From Eubacteriales bacterium (GTDB lineage Bacteria > Bacillota > Clostridia > Oscillospirales > CAG-272): a stretch of 64,000 nucleotides of DNA. Below the pieces are notes generated by a model. It did no database searches. It had not been told where the DNA came from and saw only the letters and a list, made by a program, of their open reading frames with translations. Location of the stretch: NCBI GenBank assembly GCA_045646945.1, contig JAZRLS010000005.1, forward strand, positions 11,857 through 75,856. The letters are read 5' to 3'. The position numbers and the translations under genes are program-made. Positions 46,545 through 55,993 of this stretch are shown here, piece by piece; within the stretch, counting starts at the first letter, position 1; the number at the start of each line of letters is the position of its first letter.

Positions 46545-47390
46545 ATGATTCAACTTCCCATTAATATTGATTACAGCGGCAAGGTTGTCGTTGTCACGGG
46601 CGCAGGTGGCATCATCTGCGGCGCGATGGCACGCGCCTTTGCACAGTCAGGCGCAAAGGTTGCGGCACTCGACCTCAATGAGGACGCGGTAAAGGCACTT
46701 GCAAACGAGCTCAAGGCAGAAGGCTTTATCTGTGAAGGCTACAAGGCAAACGTTCTCGATCCCGAGGCACTCGAGGAGGTCCACAAGGCAGTTCTTTGCG
46801 ATCTCGGTACGTGCGACGTTCTCGTCAACGGTGCGGGCGGAAACAATCCTCGCGCTACTACCGACAACGAGTATCAGCACGAAGCAAAGGAAGGCGGAAA
46901 ATCCTTCTTTGACCTTCAGGCAGACGGAGTAGATTTTGTGTTCAAGCTCAATTTCCAAGGAACGCTCCTGCCCACGCAGGTCTTTGCTAAGGATATGGTA
47001 GCAAAGAAGGCGGGCTGTATTCTTAACATCTCGTCGATGAACGCTTACACCCCTCTGACGAAGATTCCCGCATATTCTGCGGCAAAGGCAGGCATTTCGA
47101 ACTTTACTCAGTGGCTCGCGACGCACTTTGCGGGCACGGGTATCCGTTGCAATGCGATTGCCCCCGGCTTTCTCGTTTCGGCTCAGAACTATAAGCTCCT
47201 CTTCCACGAGGACGGCACGCCCACCGCACGAAGCGCAAAAATTCTGAACGGAACTCCCATGGGCAGATACGTCGATGCGTCCGAGCTGCTCGGAGGCACG
47301 CTCTTCCTTTGCGATGATAAGTCGGCATCGGCAATCACGGGCGTGGTTCTTCCCATCGACTGCGGATTTGCCGCATATTCAGGTGTATAA
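46545..47390 (+). CDS. SDR family oxidoreductase, probable fructuronate (D-mannonate) reductase
   Basis: TGAGGIICG glycine motif and YSAAK catalytic motif. Positioned between uxuA and eda, as in Firmicute hexuronate operons. Confidence 0.7.
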   Translation: MIQLPINIDYSGKVVVVTGAGGIICGAMARAFAQSGAKVAALDLNEDAVKALANELKAEGFICEGYKANVLDPEALEEVHKAVLCDLGTCDVLVNGAGGNNPRATTDNEYQHEAKEGGKSFFDLQADGVDFVFKLNFQGTLLPTQVFAKDMVAKKAGCILNISSMNAYTPLTKIPAYSAAKAGISNFTQWLATHFAGTGIRCNAIAPGFLVSAQNYKLLFHEDGTPTARSAKILNGTPMGRYVDASELLGGTLFLCDDKSASAITGVVLPIDCGFAAYSGV

Positions 47391-47408
47391 TAAAAAGGAG
47401 ATATCAAA

Positions 47409-47963
47409 ATGCAAAAGTACATTCCCGTTGTAGTCATTAAAGAAATGTCGGAAACCGACAAGATTTTAACGGCACTCAAGAAGAGCGATATTCTGTGTGC
47501 CGAGATCACCTTCCGCACCGCGTGTGCGGCAGAGGCGATTGCGTATGCCGTCAAGAACTATCCCGAAATGGAGATCGGCGCAGGCACGGTCATCAATGCC
47601 GAGCAGTGCGAAGCCGCACTCGCGGCAGGCGCGACCTTTATCGTGTCCCCCGGATTCTCGCCCGCAGTTGCAAAGATTTGTGTGGAAAGAAATATTCCGT
47701 ACTATCCGGGTTGTGTCACCCCCACCGAGATTATGGCAGCACTCGAATTCGGTATCACTACCGTAAAATTCTTCCCCGCAAACGTCTACGGCGGACTGAA
47801 AGCCCTCAAGGCACTTTCGGCTCCGTTCCCGCAGGTAAAATTCATTCCTACGGGTGGAGTTGACCGCAATAACATTGACGAATTTTTAGCCTTTGATAAG
47901 GTTGCTGCCATCGGCGGTAGCTTTTTCGTCAAGGAAGCACTTGAAAAAATGGAGGAAAACTAA
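47409..47963 (+). CDS. eda: 2-dehydro-3-deoxyphosphogluconate / 4-hydroxy-2-oxoglutarate aldolase
   Basis: ..ILCAEITFRT..A...I........EIGAGTV.......A..AGA.FIVSPG..., and Schiff-base Lys region TVKFFPA. Confidence 0.85.
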   Translation: MQKYIPVVVIKEMSETDKILTALKKSDILCAEITFRTACAAEAIAYAVKNYPEMEIGAGTVINAEQCEAALAAGATFIVSPGFSPAVAKICVERNIPYYPGCVTPTEIMAALEFGITTVKFFPANVYGGLKALKALSAPFPQVKFIPTGGVDRNNIDEFLAFDKVAAIGGSFFVKEALEKMEEN

Positions 47964-47964
47964 G

Positions 47965-48987
47965 ATGGCAAAAGTAGTTACATTTGGAGAACTGATGCTC
48001 CGACTCGCTCCCAACGGATATTACAGATTTTTTCAGAATGATCAGATGCAGGCAACCTTTGGCGGCGGAGAAGCCAACGTTGCGGTATCTCTTGCAAACT
48101 ACGGATTTGATAGCGTTTACGTAACCAAGCTCCCGAAGCACGCGATCGGTCAGGCGGCAGTCGATTCGCTTCGTTACTTCGGCGTGGATACCTCGAAGAT
48201 CGTCCGCGGCGGCGACCGCGTGGGAATCTACTTCCTTGAGAAGGGTGCTTCTCAGAGAGGAAGTGTTTGCATTTACGACAGAGCGCACTCGGCAATCGCA
48301 GAAGCTGTTCCCGCAGACTTTGATTGGGACGCAATTTTCGATGGTGCCGATTGGTTCCACTTTACGGGAATTACCCCCGCACTTGGCGGAAATATGGTAG
48401 AGATTTGTCTTGCGGCTTGTAAGGCGGCAAAAGCAAAGGGAGTGAAAATCTCCTGCGACCTCAACTATCGTGGAAAGCTCTGGACAAGAGCAGAAGCACG
48501 CGAGGCAATGACAAAGCTCTGCGAGTACGTGGACGTTTGCATTTCCAACGAGGAGGATGCCAAGGACGTATTCGGTATTGAGGCAGAGAACACCGATATT
48601 TACGGTGGAAAGCTCAATCACGAGGGATATAAGTCGGTAGCAAAGCAGCTTGCCGAGAAATTTGGATTTGAGAAGGTTGCGATCACGCTTCGTTCCTCAA
48701 TCTCGGCAAGTGATAACGACTGGGCGGGTATGCTTTACGACGGTGAGAATTACTGCTTCTCGAAGTCGTATCATTTGCATATCGTCGACCGTGTGGGCGG
48801 CGGCGACTCGTTCGGTGGCGGTCTGATTTACGCGCTTCTTTCGGGCAAGGATACGCAGTCTGCAATTGAATTTGCCGTGGCTGCATCGGCACTCAAGCAC
48901 TCGGTTGAGGGCGACTACAACCGCGTATCGGTCAGCGAGGTTGAAAAACTCGCAGGCGGTGACGGTAGCGGTAGAGTTCAGCGATAA
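47965..48987 (+). CDS. kdgK: 2-dehydro-3-deoxygluconokinase (PfkB family)
   Basis: MAKVVTFGELMLRL... with GGGEANVAV and a C-terminal DRVGGGDSFGGGLIY PfkB signature. The ATG follows GGAGGA. Confidence 0.88.
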   Translation: MAKVVTFGELMLRLAPNGYYRFFQNDQMQATFGGGEANVAVSLANYGFDSVYVTKLPKHAIGQAAVDSLRYFGVDTSKIVRGGDRVGIYFLEKGASQRGSVCIYDRAHSAIAEAVPADFDWDAIFDGADWFHFTGITPALGGNMVEICLAACKAAKAKGVKISCDLNYRGKLWTRAEAREAMTKLCEYVDVCISNEEDAKDVFGIEAENTDIYGGKLNHEGYKSVAKQLAEKFGFEKVAITLRSSISASDNDWAGMLYDGENYCFSKSYHLHIVDRVGGGDSFGGGLIYALLSGKDTQSAIEFAVAASALKHSVEGDYNRVSVSEVEKLAGGDGSGRVQR

Positions 48988-48994
48988 AAAAAGC

Positions 48995-49030
48995 AAAAGA
49001 GAGCAGAGAAAAAAACTGCTCTCTTTTTGT
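48995..49030 (+). terminator. intrinsic terminator (AGAGAGCAG-stem module)
   Basis: AAAAGAGAGCAG-loop-CTGCTCTCTTTT followed by TG. Confidence 0.85.
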
Positions 49031-49061
49031 ATCACGAAAATCCCGCCATCCTCGACACAGT

Positions 49062-49110
49062 AAAATAAAGGTAGATACATAGTGGTTTTATATGTGTCTG
49101 CCTTTATTTT
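49062..49110 (+). terminator. second long hairpin between convergent kdgK and AraC genes
   Basis: 18-bp stem AAATAAAGGTAGATACAT / ATGTGTCTGCCTTTATTT with two G-U pairs that form only on the plus-strand RNA. A T-rich tail follows. Confidence 0.5.
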
Positions 49111-49136
49111 AGTATTTTACTATTGCGGGTGAATTT

Positions 49137-49946
49137 TTATTTTTCGTATTTCAGGACCATCTGTTTTGCGTATTCTCTTGGAGTCATTTTCATTTTTTTC
49201 TTAAAGGCATAGCTGAAATAGGATTGCGAGGAAAAGCCGCATTCGTAGGCAATTTGCGCGAGCGTCATTTCGGTCGAAAGCAAGAGGTCGATTGCCTTTC
49301 TGATACGTTGCTCCTCAACGTATTCGTGCAGATTTTTTCCCGTGGAGGATTTGAAGAGCTTATGAAAATAAATCGGGCTGAATTTTGCGCGTTCCGAAAG
49401 CGATTCCAAGGTCAGCTCTTCCGCAATATTTTCATTGATATAGTTCAGCGTTTGCTCGATGACAATTCGGTTATTATGCTTCGGCTTTTGTAAAATCGTA
49501 CCGTTCGGCGCGCATTTTTTTAGGGTGTATATCAACCGAAGAATCAGGCTTTGGAGTAGGATGACGTCCTCGGAGCTTCCCGTACGATAGTGTTGAACCA
49601 GCGACAGAAAGAGTTCTCGCACCTCATCGACGTTTTCGATTTCAATATAATTTGGAAGAGTAGACAACACGGAAAAGAGCTGTCCCTCATTTACGATCAT
49701 ATGAATATAGTGGCATTTGAACGGCAGACGTGTATGGCGGATCTGCCCCGGCTTGGCACAGATGACGACCTTTTCCGAGATCAGATGCGAGGTGTCGTCG
49801 ATATAGGAGATCCCCCCCTCTTCCATCGGAAGCTCAATTTCGAACATCGTAGTTTTTCTGTTTCGGCTGGTCGTTCTGTTCTTGATGGCAAGCTGTGCGT
49901 TATAAATCCCAAGGGATACAATTTGCGGCAAAATAATTTCTTTCAT
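49137..49946 (-). CDS. AraC family transcriptional regulator
   Basis: 269 aa with a cupin-like N-terminus and C-terminal ..LAQIAYECGFSSQSYFSYAFKKKMKMTPREYAKQ. Confidence 0.85.
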   Translation of the reverse strand: MKEIILPQIVSLGIYNAQLAIKNRTTSRNRKTTMFEIELPMEEGGISYIDDTSHLISEKVVICAKPGQIRHTRLPFKCHYIHMIVNEGQLFSVLSTLPNYIEIENVDEVRELFLSLVQHYRTGSSEDVILLQSLILRLIYTLKKCAPNGTILQKPKHNNRIVIEQTLNYINENIAEELTLESLSERAKFSPIYFHKLFKSSTGKNLHEYVEEQRIRKAIDLLLSTEMTLAQIAYECGFSSQSYFSYAFKKKMKMTPREYAKQMVLKYEK

Positions 49947-50059
49947 AAGACCCTAAAAAGATAATATTTCTAATAAATAAGATAAAAATTCTGTATTTAT
50001 AGAGCAAGATATATTATATAATAAAATTAAGAAATTGTCAAGAGAAAGGAGTCTTCTTT

Positions 50060-50743
50060 ATGAAAATTACGTGGCTCGGTCAGGCAGGCTTACTGTTTGA
50101 CAACGGAAAAATCAAAATTATGGTGGATCCTTATCTTTCGGACAGTGTGGAGAAGGTCAATCCTCTGAATTACCGCCGCGTTCCGATCGACGATCGATTC
50201 TTTGGCGTTCTTCCCGACGTGATGATCTTTACTCACGATCATCTCGATCACTATGACCCCGAAACCGCGCCTCGCTTTTTGGAGCACTCGGAGAAGGGGA
50301 TGACGGTGCTTTGCCCGACGTCGGTCTGGCAAAAGGCGAGACAGCACGGCGGCGGACACAACTACGTGGAATTCAACCGACACACCGAATGGACCGAGCA
50401 CGGCTTCCGCTTTTCTGCCGTCAAGGCGGCGCACAGCGATCCTTGTGCGATTGGAGTTCTCATTGAGGATTTGGAAGAGGGCAAGGTGTATTACGTGGCG
50501 GGGGATACGCTATACAATACCGAGATCTTTGAAGATCTTCCCGAAAAGATCGATCTTGTTTTTCTGCCCGTCAACGGTGTTGGCAACAATATGAATGCCG
50601 ACGATGCTCTTCGCTTTGCGGAGTGCACGGGAGCGAAGCGTGCCGTACCGTATCACATAGGAATGTTTGACGAGCTCACCCCCGAAATTTTTGGGGCAGA
50701 GCAGCGTCTTGTTTTAAAAATTTATGAAGAAACAGAGGTGTAA
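50060..50743 (+). CDS. MBL-fold metal-dependent hydrolase (UlaG-like; candidate lactonase)
   Basis: MKITWLGQAG..., and THDHLDHYD is the HxHxDH motif. 227 aa. Confidence 0.75.
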   Translation: MKITWLGQAGLLFDNGKIKIMVDPYLSDSVEKVNPLNYRRVPIDDRFFGVLPDVMIFTHDHLDHYDPETAPRFLEHSEKGMTVLCPTSVWQKARQHGGGHNYVEFNRHTEWTEHGFRFSAVKAAHSDPCAIGVLIEDLEEGKVYYVAGDTLYNTEIFEDLPEKIDLVFLPVNGVGNNMNADDALRFAECTGAKRAVPYHIGMFDELTPEIFGAEQRLVLKIYEETEV

Positions 50744-50746
50744 AAA

Positions 50747-51571
50747 ATGAAAAAATACGAAGTGAAGGATCACGCACCCAGCCTTCTTCCCGACGGATAT
50801 GAGTTTGAACTCGTATGGTCAGACGAGTTTGACGGCGACCGAGTGGACGAAACCAAATGGGATTACCGTCTTTCGATGATGGGCAAGCGCCACCCCGCAT
50901 GGACCGACAAGGGCGTCAGAGTGGAGGACGGCTTTGCGAAGTTTTCGATCATGGTAGACGGAGAGGATGTCGTTTCCTCTCAGCTTCAGACGGGCTACAA
51001 CTTTATGGACGAGCCTGTGAAGGAGACGATGTTTGGCAGCGAGCATCTGCAATGGCCGATCGGCAAGCTCAAGGAGAACAAGTACACGCATCGCTACGGC
51101 TATTACGAGTGCCGTTGCAGACTTCAGCAGATGGAAGGCTGGTGGAGCGCATTTTGGCTTCAATCGCCCATCATCGGCGCGTCGCTCGATCCCAAGCTGA
51201 CGGGTAGCGAGGTCGACATTATGGAGTCCTTCCACATCGGCGAGGTTCGTACGCACAACGTCTTTACAGGCGGTTACGGACAGGATATGCAGCGGGTTCA
51301 CGTGGGCGGCGGCTATACCGTTCCGACCGACGTCTTTCACACCTACGGACTACTTTGGTTGCCCGACCGTTACGTATTTTACGTGGACGGTAAAGAGGAC
51401 GGCGTTGTGACCGAGAACGTGTCGGCGATCGATCAGTTTATTTTGATTTCCACCGAGCCTCGCGGTTACCGTAAGGAAAATCATCTTCCCACCGAGGAAG
51501 CGTTTGCGGCGGCAAATGCCGGCGACGAATTTTGGGTGGACTACGTTCGCGTATTTGATATTAAAAACTAA
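50747..51571 (+). CDS. glycoside hydrolase family 16 protein, no signal peptide
   Basis: ..LVWSDEFDG..VDETKW.., with the catalytic E-x-D-x-x-E in GSEVDIMES. 274 aa. Confidence 0.8.
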   Translation: MKKYEVKDHAPSLLPDGYEFELVWSDEFDGDRVDETKWDYRLSMMGKRHPAWTDKGVRVEDGFAKFSIMVDGEDVVSSQLQTGYNFMDEPVKETMFGSEHLQWPIGKLKENKYTHRYGYYECRCRLQQMEGWWSAFWLQSPIIGASLDPKLTGSEVDIMESFHIGEVRTHNVFTGGYGQDMQRVHVGGGYTVPTDVFHTYGLLWLPDRYVFYVDGKEDGVVTENVSAIDQFILISTEPRGYRKENHLPTEEAFAAANAGDEFWVDYVRVFDIKN

Positions 51572-51584
51572 TGAGGAGTCAGCA

Positions 51585-52745
51585 ATGAAAATTACGAAAA
51601 TCAAATCATTTGTGGTCGACTGCTTCCGCACCAACTGGGTGTTTGTGAAGGTTTATACCGACGAAGGAATTACGGGTGTCGGAGAGGGCACGCTTGAATA
51701 CAAGGAAAAGGCGCTCGTTGGCGCGATCGAGCATATCGAAAGCTATCTTGTGGGCAAGGACCCCCGACAGATCGAAAAGCATTATCACGACATTTACCGC
51801 GATGCTTATTGGAGAGGCGGCGCGGTGCTGATGAGCGCGCTCTCGGCCGTGGAGATGGCTCTGTGGGATATTCTCGGAAAGTCCTTGAACGTTCCCGTCT
51901 ATCAGCTGCTTGGCGGCAAGGTCAACGAGGAGTGCCGCATTTACGTCAACGGTTGGTTTGCGGGCGCGAAGGAGCCTGAGGAGTTTGGAGAAAAAGCGGC
52001 GGAGGCGGTCAAGCGCGGTGTGACGGCGATGAAGTGGGATCCGTTTGGCAAGAACTATCTGCAGATTTCCAATAAGGATCTCGACAAGGCTCTCCGTTGT
52101 ATTGCCGCCGTTCGTGAGGCGGTGGGCGACGAGGTCGATCTTCTCATCGAGGCGCACGGACGCTTTGACGTTCCCACGGGCATTAAGATCGCGCAAGAGG
52201 TGGCACAGTTTAAGCCGATGCTGCTCGAAGAGCCCGTGCCGCCCAACAATCTCGAAGCACTCGCGGCAGTTCGCGAAAAATCGCCTGTTGCCATTTCGGC
52301 AGGCGAGAGACTTTACACGAGATTTGATTATAACGAATTGTTCCGTCGTCGCGCTTGCGACTACATTCAGCCCGACATTTCGCACGCGGGCGGTATGATG
52401 GAGCTGAAGAAGATCGCGGCGATCGCCGAGGCGAATTACATTCCGTTTGCGCCGCACAATCCCTCGGGCCCGATTGCCAATGCCGCAACGCTTCAGCTTG
52501 CCGCGTGCTGTCCGAACTTCTGTATTCTGGAGATTATGTACTCCGACGTGGATTACAGAAAGTATATCACCAACGAAAATCTCATTTACGAGGACGGCAA
52601 GATCAAGATCAGCGACAAGCCGGGACTTGGCATTGAGCTCAATGAGGAAGAGTGTCTGAAGCACCCCTACGTTGAGCACAATCTGCGTCACTACACGGGT
52701 GCGCTGACCGACATCCGTCCCGCGAAGACTGAGTTCTATTTTTAA
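51585..52745 (+). CDS. enolase-superfamily sugar-acid dehydratase (galactonate dehydratase DgoD-like)
   Basis: MKITKIKSFVV....WVFVKVYTDEGITGVGE.. and ..SAVEMALWDILGK.., ..LLEEP.., ..AAGERLY..., ..IQPDISHAGG.. are collinear with E. coli DgoD as I recall it. The ATG follows GAGGAG. Confidence 0.8.
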   Translation: MKITKIKSFVVDCFRTNWVFVKVYTDEGITGVGEGTLEYKEKALVGAIEHIESYLVGKDPRQIEKHYHDIYRDAYWRGGAVLMSALSAVEMALWDILGKSLNVPVYQLLGGKVNEECRIYVNGWFAGAKEPEEFGEKAAEAVKRGVTAMKWDPFGKNYLQISNKDLDKALRCIAAVREAVGDEVDLLIEAHGRFDVPTGIKIAQEVAQFKPMLLEEPVPPNNLEALAAVREKSPVAISAGERLYTRFDYNELFRRRACDYIQPDISHAGGMMELKKIAAIAEANYIPFAPHNPSGPIANAATLQLAACCPNFCILEIMYSDVDYRKYITNENLIYEDGKIKISDKPGLGIELNEEECLKHPYVEHNLRHYTGALTDIRPAKTEFYF

Positions 52746-52757
52746 GGAGAAAGAAAA

Positions 52758-54167
52758 ATGCACAGAATGAAGATTTGTGGAAAAATTCAGCCAAAGAAGG
52801 CTGCTGACGTGGCGTTTTCACGTCTTGGTATCGGCTTTGAAAAGCTTGACCGCGATGCCTTTGATCCGAACAAGGCGTACGATAAGATCAGCGAGATCGG
52901 TGTCAAGTGGGTTCGAATTCAATCGGGTTGGCAAAAAACCGAGAAAGAAAAGGGAGTTTACGATTTCGCTTGGCTCGATTCGATCGTGGACAATCTTCTG
53001 TCGCGCGGGTTGATCCCGTGGATGTGCGTTTGCTATGGCAACAAGATCTACGGCGGTCTTGCGGTAGAAAATTTCGGCGCGGTCGGCTGTCCTCCCGTTC
53101 TGACCGAGGAGCAGAGAAGTGCGTGGGACAATTACTGCGAGGCGCTTTCGAAGCATTTTCGCGGCAGAGTGACGCATTTTGAGGTTTGGAACGAGCCAGA
53201 CGGACGTTACAGCTGGAAGCACGGTGTCAGCGCGATCGAGCTTGGCGAATTTACCGTTCGCACTGCTCGCGCGCTGAGAAGGGGCAATCCCGAGGTCTAT
53301 CTGATTGGCGGTGCTTTGAGCCGTGTTAATCTTCCGTATCTGAACCAAGCGTTCAGTACGGGAATGGCAGAGGAGCTCAATGCGATTTCTTTCCACGTCT
53401 ATTCCTTTGACGATCGCAAGCTTGCGCCGTCGATTGCAGCATTGCGTGCGCTGCTCGATCGTTACAATCCCGCACTTGAGATCATTCAGGGAGAATCTGG
53501 CGCGCAGTCGCGTCCCTTTGGCAACGGTGCCTTAAAGGACGGCGCGTGGACCCCGAGAAAGCAGTGCAAGCATCTGCTTCGCCATATGGTCACCGACCTC
53601 GGTATGGGCGTGAAGTTCACCTCGTATTTTTCCGCCATGGATATGATGGAGGCACTTCGCGGTAAGGTGGGCGACAAAAAGAGCTATCAGGACTTCGGTT
53701 ATTTTGGCGTGCTTGGCGCGGAGTTTGACGAGGACGGTGTGGCAACGGGCGATTATCCGCCGAAGCCCGCCTACTACGCGCTTTCGTATCTTGCCTCGCT
53801 CTTTGCGGGTGAGATCAGTCCCTGTACTCTGCCGATCCTTCCCGAAACCGACACGGCACCGCATTGCGGTAACATTCCTACCTTGTCGTGGGGCGAGATC
53901 GAAAGCTACGGCTTCCGTCTGGCAAACGGCTCGTATGCGTACGCGTATTGGGCACCCGTCAATCATCTGACGCAGGATTTTGAGAGTGCCGTCAGCTTTT
54001 GCTATGCGTCGTTTGACGACCTGCCGAAGCTGGTCGATCCGATGGACGGAACGGTATACGAGATTCCTGAGGGGATGATCGAGGAAAACGCGTATGGCGG
54101 CATCATTCTTCATCGCCTTCCCATCAGGGATTATCCGCTACTGCTGGTATTCGGTAGCATTGAATAA
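52758..54167 (+). CDS. clan GH-A (beta/alpha)8 glycoside hydrolase (GH39/GH5-like), cytoplasmic
   Basis: ..HFEVWNEPD.. is an acid/base Glu motif and ..IIQGESGAQS.. a candidate nucleophile Glu. No signal peptide. The exact family cannot be determined by eye. Confidence 0.6.
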   Translation: MHRMKICGKIQPKKAADVAFSRLGIGFEKLDRDAFDPNKAYDKISEIGVKWVRIQSGWQKTEKEKGVYDFAWLDSIVDNLLSRGLIPWMCVCYGNKIYGGLAVENFGAVGCPPVLTEEQRSAWDNYCEALSKHFRGRVTHFEVWNEPDGRYSWKHGVSAIELGEFTVRTARALRRGNPEVYLIGGALSRVNLPYLNQAFSTGMAEELNAISFHVYSFDDRKLAPSIAALRALLDRYNPALEIIQGESGAQSRPFGNGALKDGAWTPRKQCKHLLRHMVTDLGMGVKFTSYFSAMDMMEALRGKVGDKKSYQDFGYFGVLGAEFDEDGVATGDYPPKPAYYALSYLASLFAGEISPCTLPILPETDTAPHCGNIPTLSWGEIESYGFRLANGSYAYAYWAPVNHLTQDFESAVSFCYASFDDLPKLVDPMDGTVYEIPEGMIEENAYGGIILHRLPIRDYPLLLVFGSIE

Positions 54168-54188
54168 GTAAAAGCAAGGAGAATCACA

Positions 54189-54968
54189 ATGAAAACAGCA
54201 TTGATTACAGGTGCGTGCATCAACACGGGCGTTGCGATCGTGGAGAAATTCGCGTCCGAGGGATATAACGTCGTGTTCACGGGCAGAAATGCCGAAACGG
54301 TACACGCCAAAGAAAAAGAATACAGAGCGCAGTTTCCGAACGTAGAGATCATCGGCTATCATATCGACTCTTTGCTTGACGAGCGGACGGTGGACGAGGC
54401 TTCGGTCGATGCGCTGTTTGCCGATCTTGACGCAAAGGGAATTTTTGTTGAAACCCTTGTGCTCAACGCTGCCGATCAGGGACTCGGACAGAAGATTTTC
54501 GAGAACCCTCTGACCGATATGATGAAGGTCATTAACACGAACGTGGTATGGAACTACTGCCTTTCCGAGCACGCGGCAGAGCGAATGAAAAAGCAGGGCG
54601 GCGGTAATATCGTATTCGTCAATTCCAACACCGCGTACAGAGCCATTCCCGACCGCGTCGCGTACGTTGCGTCCAAGGGCGGTCAGCTCGGACTGATGAG
54701 AGCGCTTGCACTCGATCTCGGAAAGTACAATATCCGTGTCAACGCCGTTCTTCCCGGTATGATCAAGACCGACCGTTGGGAGAAGAACCCAGATTTTTAT
54801 CGCGACGTTCCGTCGAGATTTACCCCCATCGGTGACGTTGCCGTGGGCGAGGACATTGCCGATGCCGTCTTCTATTTTGCGGCGCACGCGAGAAACACGA
54901 CGGGTGCGGAGCTGATCGTCGATGGCGGCAATACCATTCAGCTCTATCCGATAATTCCGAAAGAGTAA
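54189..54968 (+). CDS. SDR family oxidoreductase
   Basis: ITGACINTGVA glycine-rich motif and YVASKGG catalytic motif. 259 aa. Confidence 0.8.
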   Translation: MKTALITGACINTGVAIVEKFASEGYNVVFTGRNAETVHAKEKEYRAQFPNVEIIGYHIDSLLDERTVDEASVDALFADLDAKGIFVETLVLNAADQGLGQKIFENPLTDMMKVINTNVVWNYCLSEHAAERMKKQGGGNIVFVNSNTAYRAIPDRVAYVASKGGQLGLMRALALDLGKYNIRVNAVLPGMIKTDRWEKNPDFYRDVPSRFTPIGDVAVGEDIADAVFYFAAHARNTTGAELIVDGGNTIQLYPIIPKE

Positions 54969-54972
54969 GTAA

Positions 54973-55010
54973 AAAAGAGAGCAGAGAAATCTGCTCTCTT
55001 TTGGCTTTCT
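54973..55010 (+). terminator. intrinsic terminator (AGAGAGCAG-stem module)
   Basis: AAAAGAGAGCAG-AGAAAT-CTGCTCTCTTTT. Confidence 0.85.
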
Positions 55011-55022
55011 ATGAAAAGATCA

Positions 55023-55051
55023 TTGACAATTTTTTTGATATGTGTTATAAT
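55023..55051 (+). promoter_or_regulatory. consensus sigma-A promoter
   Basis: TTGACA, 17-nt spacer, TATAAT, with a TG extended -10. Confidence 0.7.
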
Positions 55052-55080
55052 GTGGAAACTACCGAAAGGAGGGTGGTACG

Positions 55081-55983
55081 ATGTTTCAAAAGAATGATAT
55101 TGTTTGCTTTTTAGGCGATAGCATTACGGCAAAGGGACTTTGGATGGCAGAGGTCTACCAAACGCTTCGCGAAAAATACTCGCTCAAATGCATCAACTGC
55201 GGTGTTTCGGGTTCGACTGCAACGAAATCGCTTTATTATCTGCATGAGCGTTGCTTGAATTTTCATCCGAGCTGTGTGGTGATTACGTTTGGAATCAACG
55301 ACGTTCGTTATAGTCTTTACAAGGAATCGCTGATGGGCGATCCTGTGACCGAGCAGAGAAAAAAGGATATGCTTGAGAATTTCCGAATTTCTTATCCGAG
55401 GGTGATCGAGGAATGTATGGCGGCGGGCGCGCGAGTGATCTTGTGTGTTGCTGCTCCTTACGATGACGTAAGTGATGGAGATGAACCCGTGATGAAATGT
55501 CAGGATGCGCTGAACGAATGCGGAGATTTCGTTCGTTCGCTTGCCGAAAAATACGGATGTCCCGTAGTGGATTTTCCGAAGATTCTCTATCCGATGCTCG
55601 GGGAGCGTGAGATCATCAGCTCTGACCGTGTGCATCCGACCGAGGAAGGACATCATTTGATGGCGCAGATCTTTTTAAAGGAGCTTGGCGAGATCGATGA
55701 GTGTGATTTTGACACGCCATTCGTTTGGGAAGATTGGAATCGGGAGCGCTATGATTGTGAGCAGGAGTTGACTTTGGTCAATTTGATTGAATATTGCGTT
55801 TTCGTTCCCGATCGTTATGTGAAACAGATGCCGCTTGAGGAACGCAAAAAAATTGCAAAAGAACGTTATGCCGAGTTTGAGGACAAAAACAATATTTTTG
55901 CAAGGGCTTACAAGGAATACGTTCAAAAAATCGACGACTATTCCTCTTACGTGGAAAAGACCGTGGAAAAGACGATTTTCTGA
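55081..55983 (+). CDS. SGNH/GDSL hydrolase family protein (esterase), cytoplasmic
   Basis: ..IVCFLGDSIT.. (block I Ser), ..GINDV.., ..DRVHPT.. (block V). Confidence 0.75.
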   Translation: MFQKNDIVCFLGDSITAKGLWMAEVYQTLREKYSLKCINCGVSGSTATKSLYYLHERCLNFHPSCVVITFGINDVRYSLYKESLMGDPVTEQRKKDMLENFRISYPRVIEECMAAGARVILCVAAPYDDVSDGDEPVMKCQDALNECGDFVRSLAEKYGCPVVDFPKILYPMLGEREIISSDRVHPTEEGHHLMAQIFLKELGEIDECDFDTPFVWEDWNRERYDCEQELTLVNLIEYCVFVPDRYVKQMPLEERKKIAKERYAEFEDKNNIFARAYKEYVQKIDDYSSYVEKTVEKTIF

Positions 55984-55993
55984 ATTTATGAAA

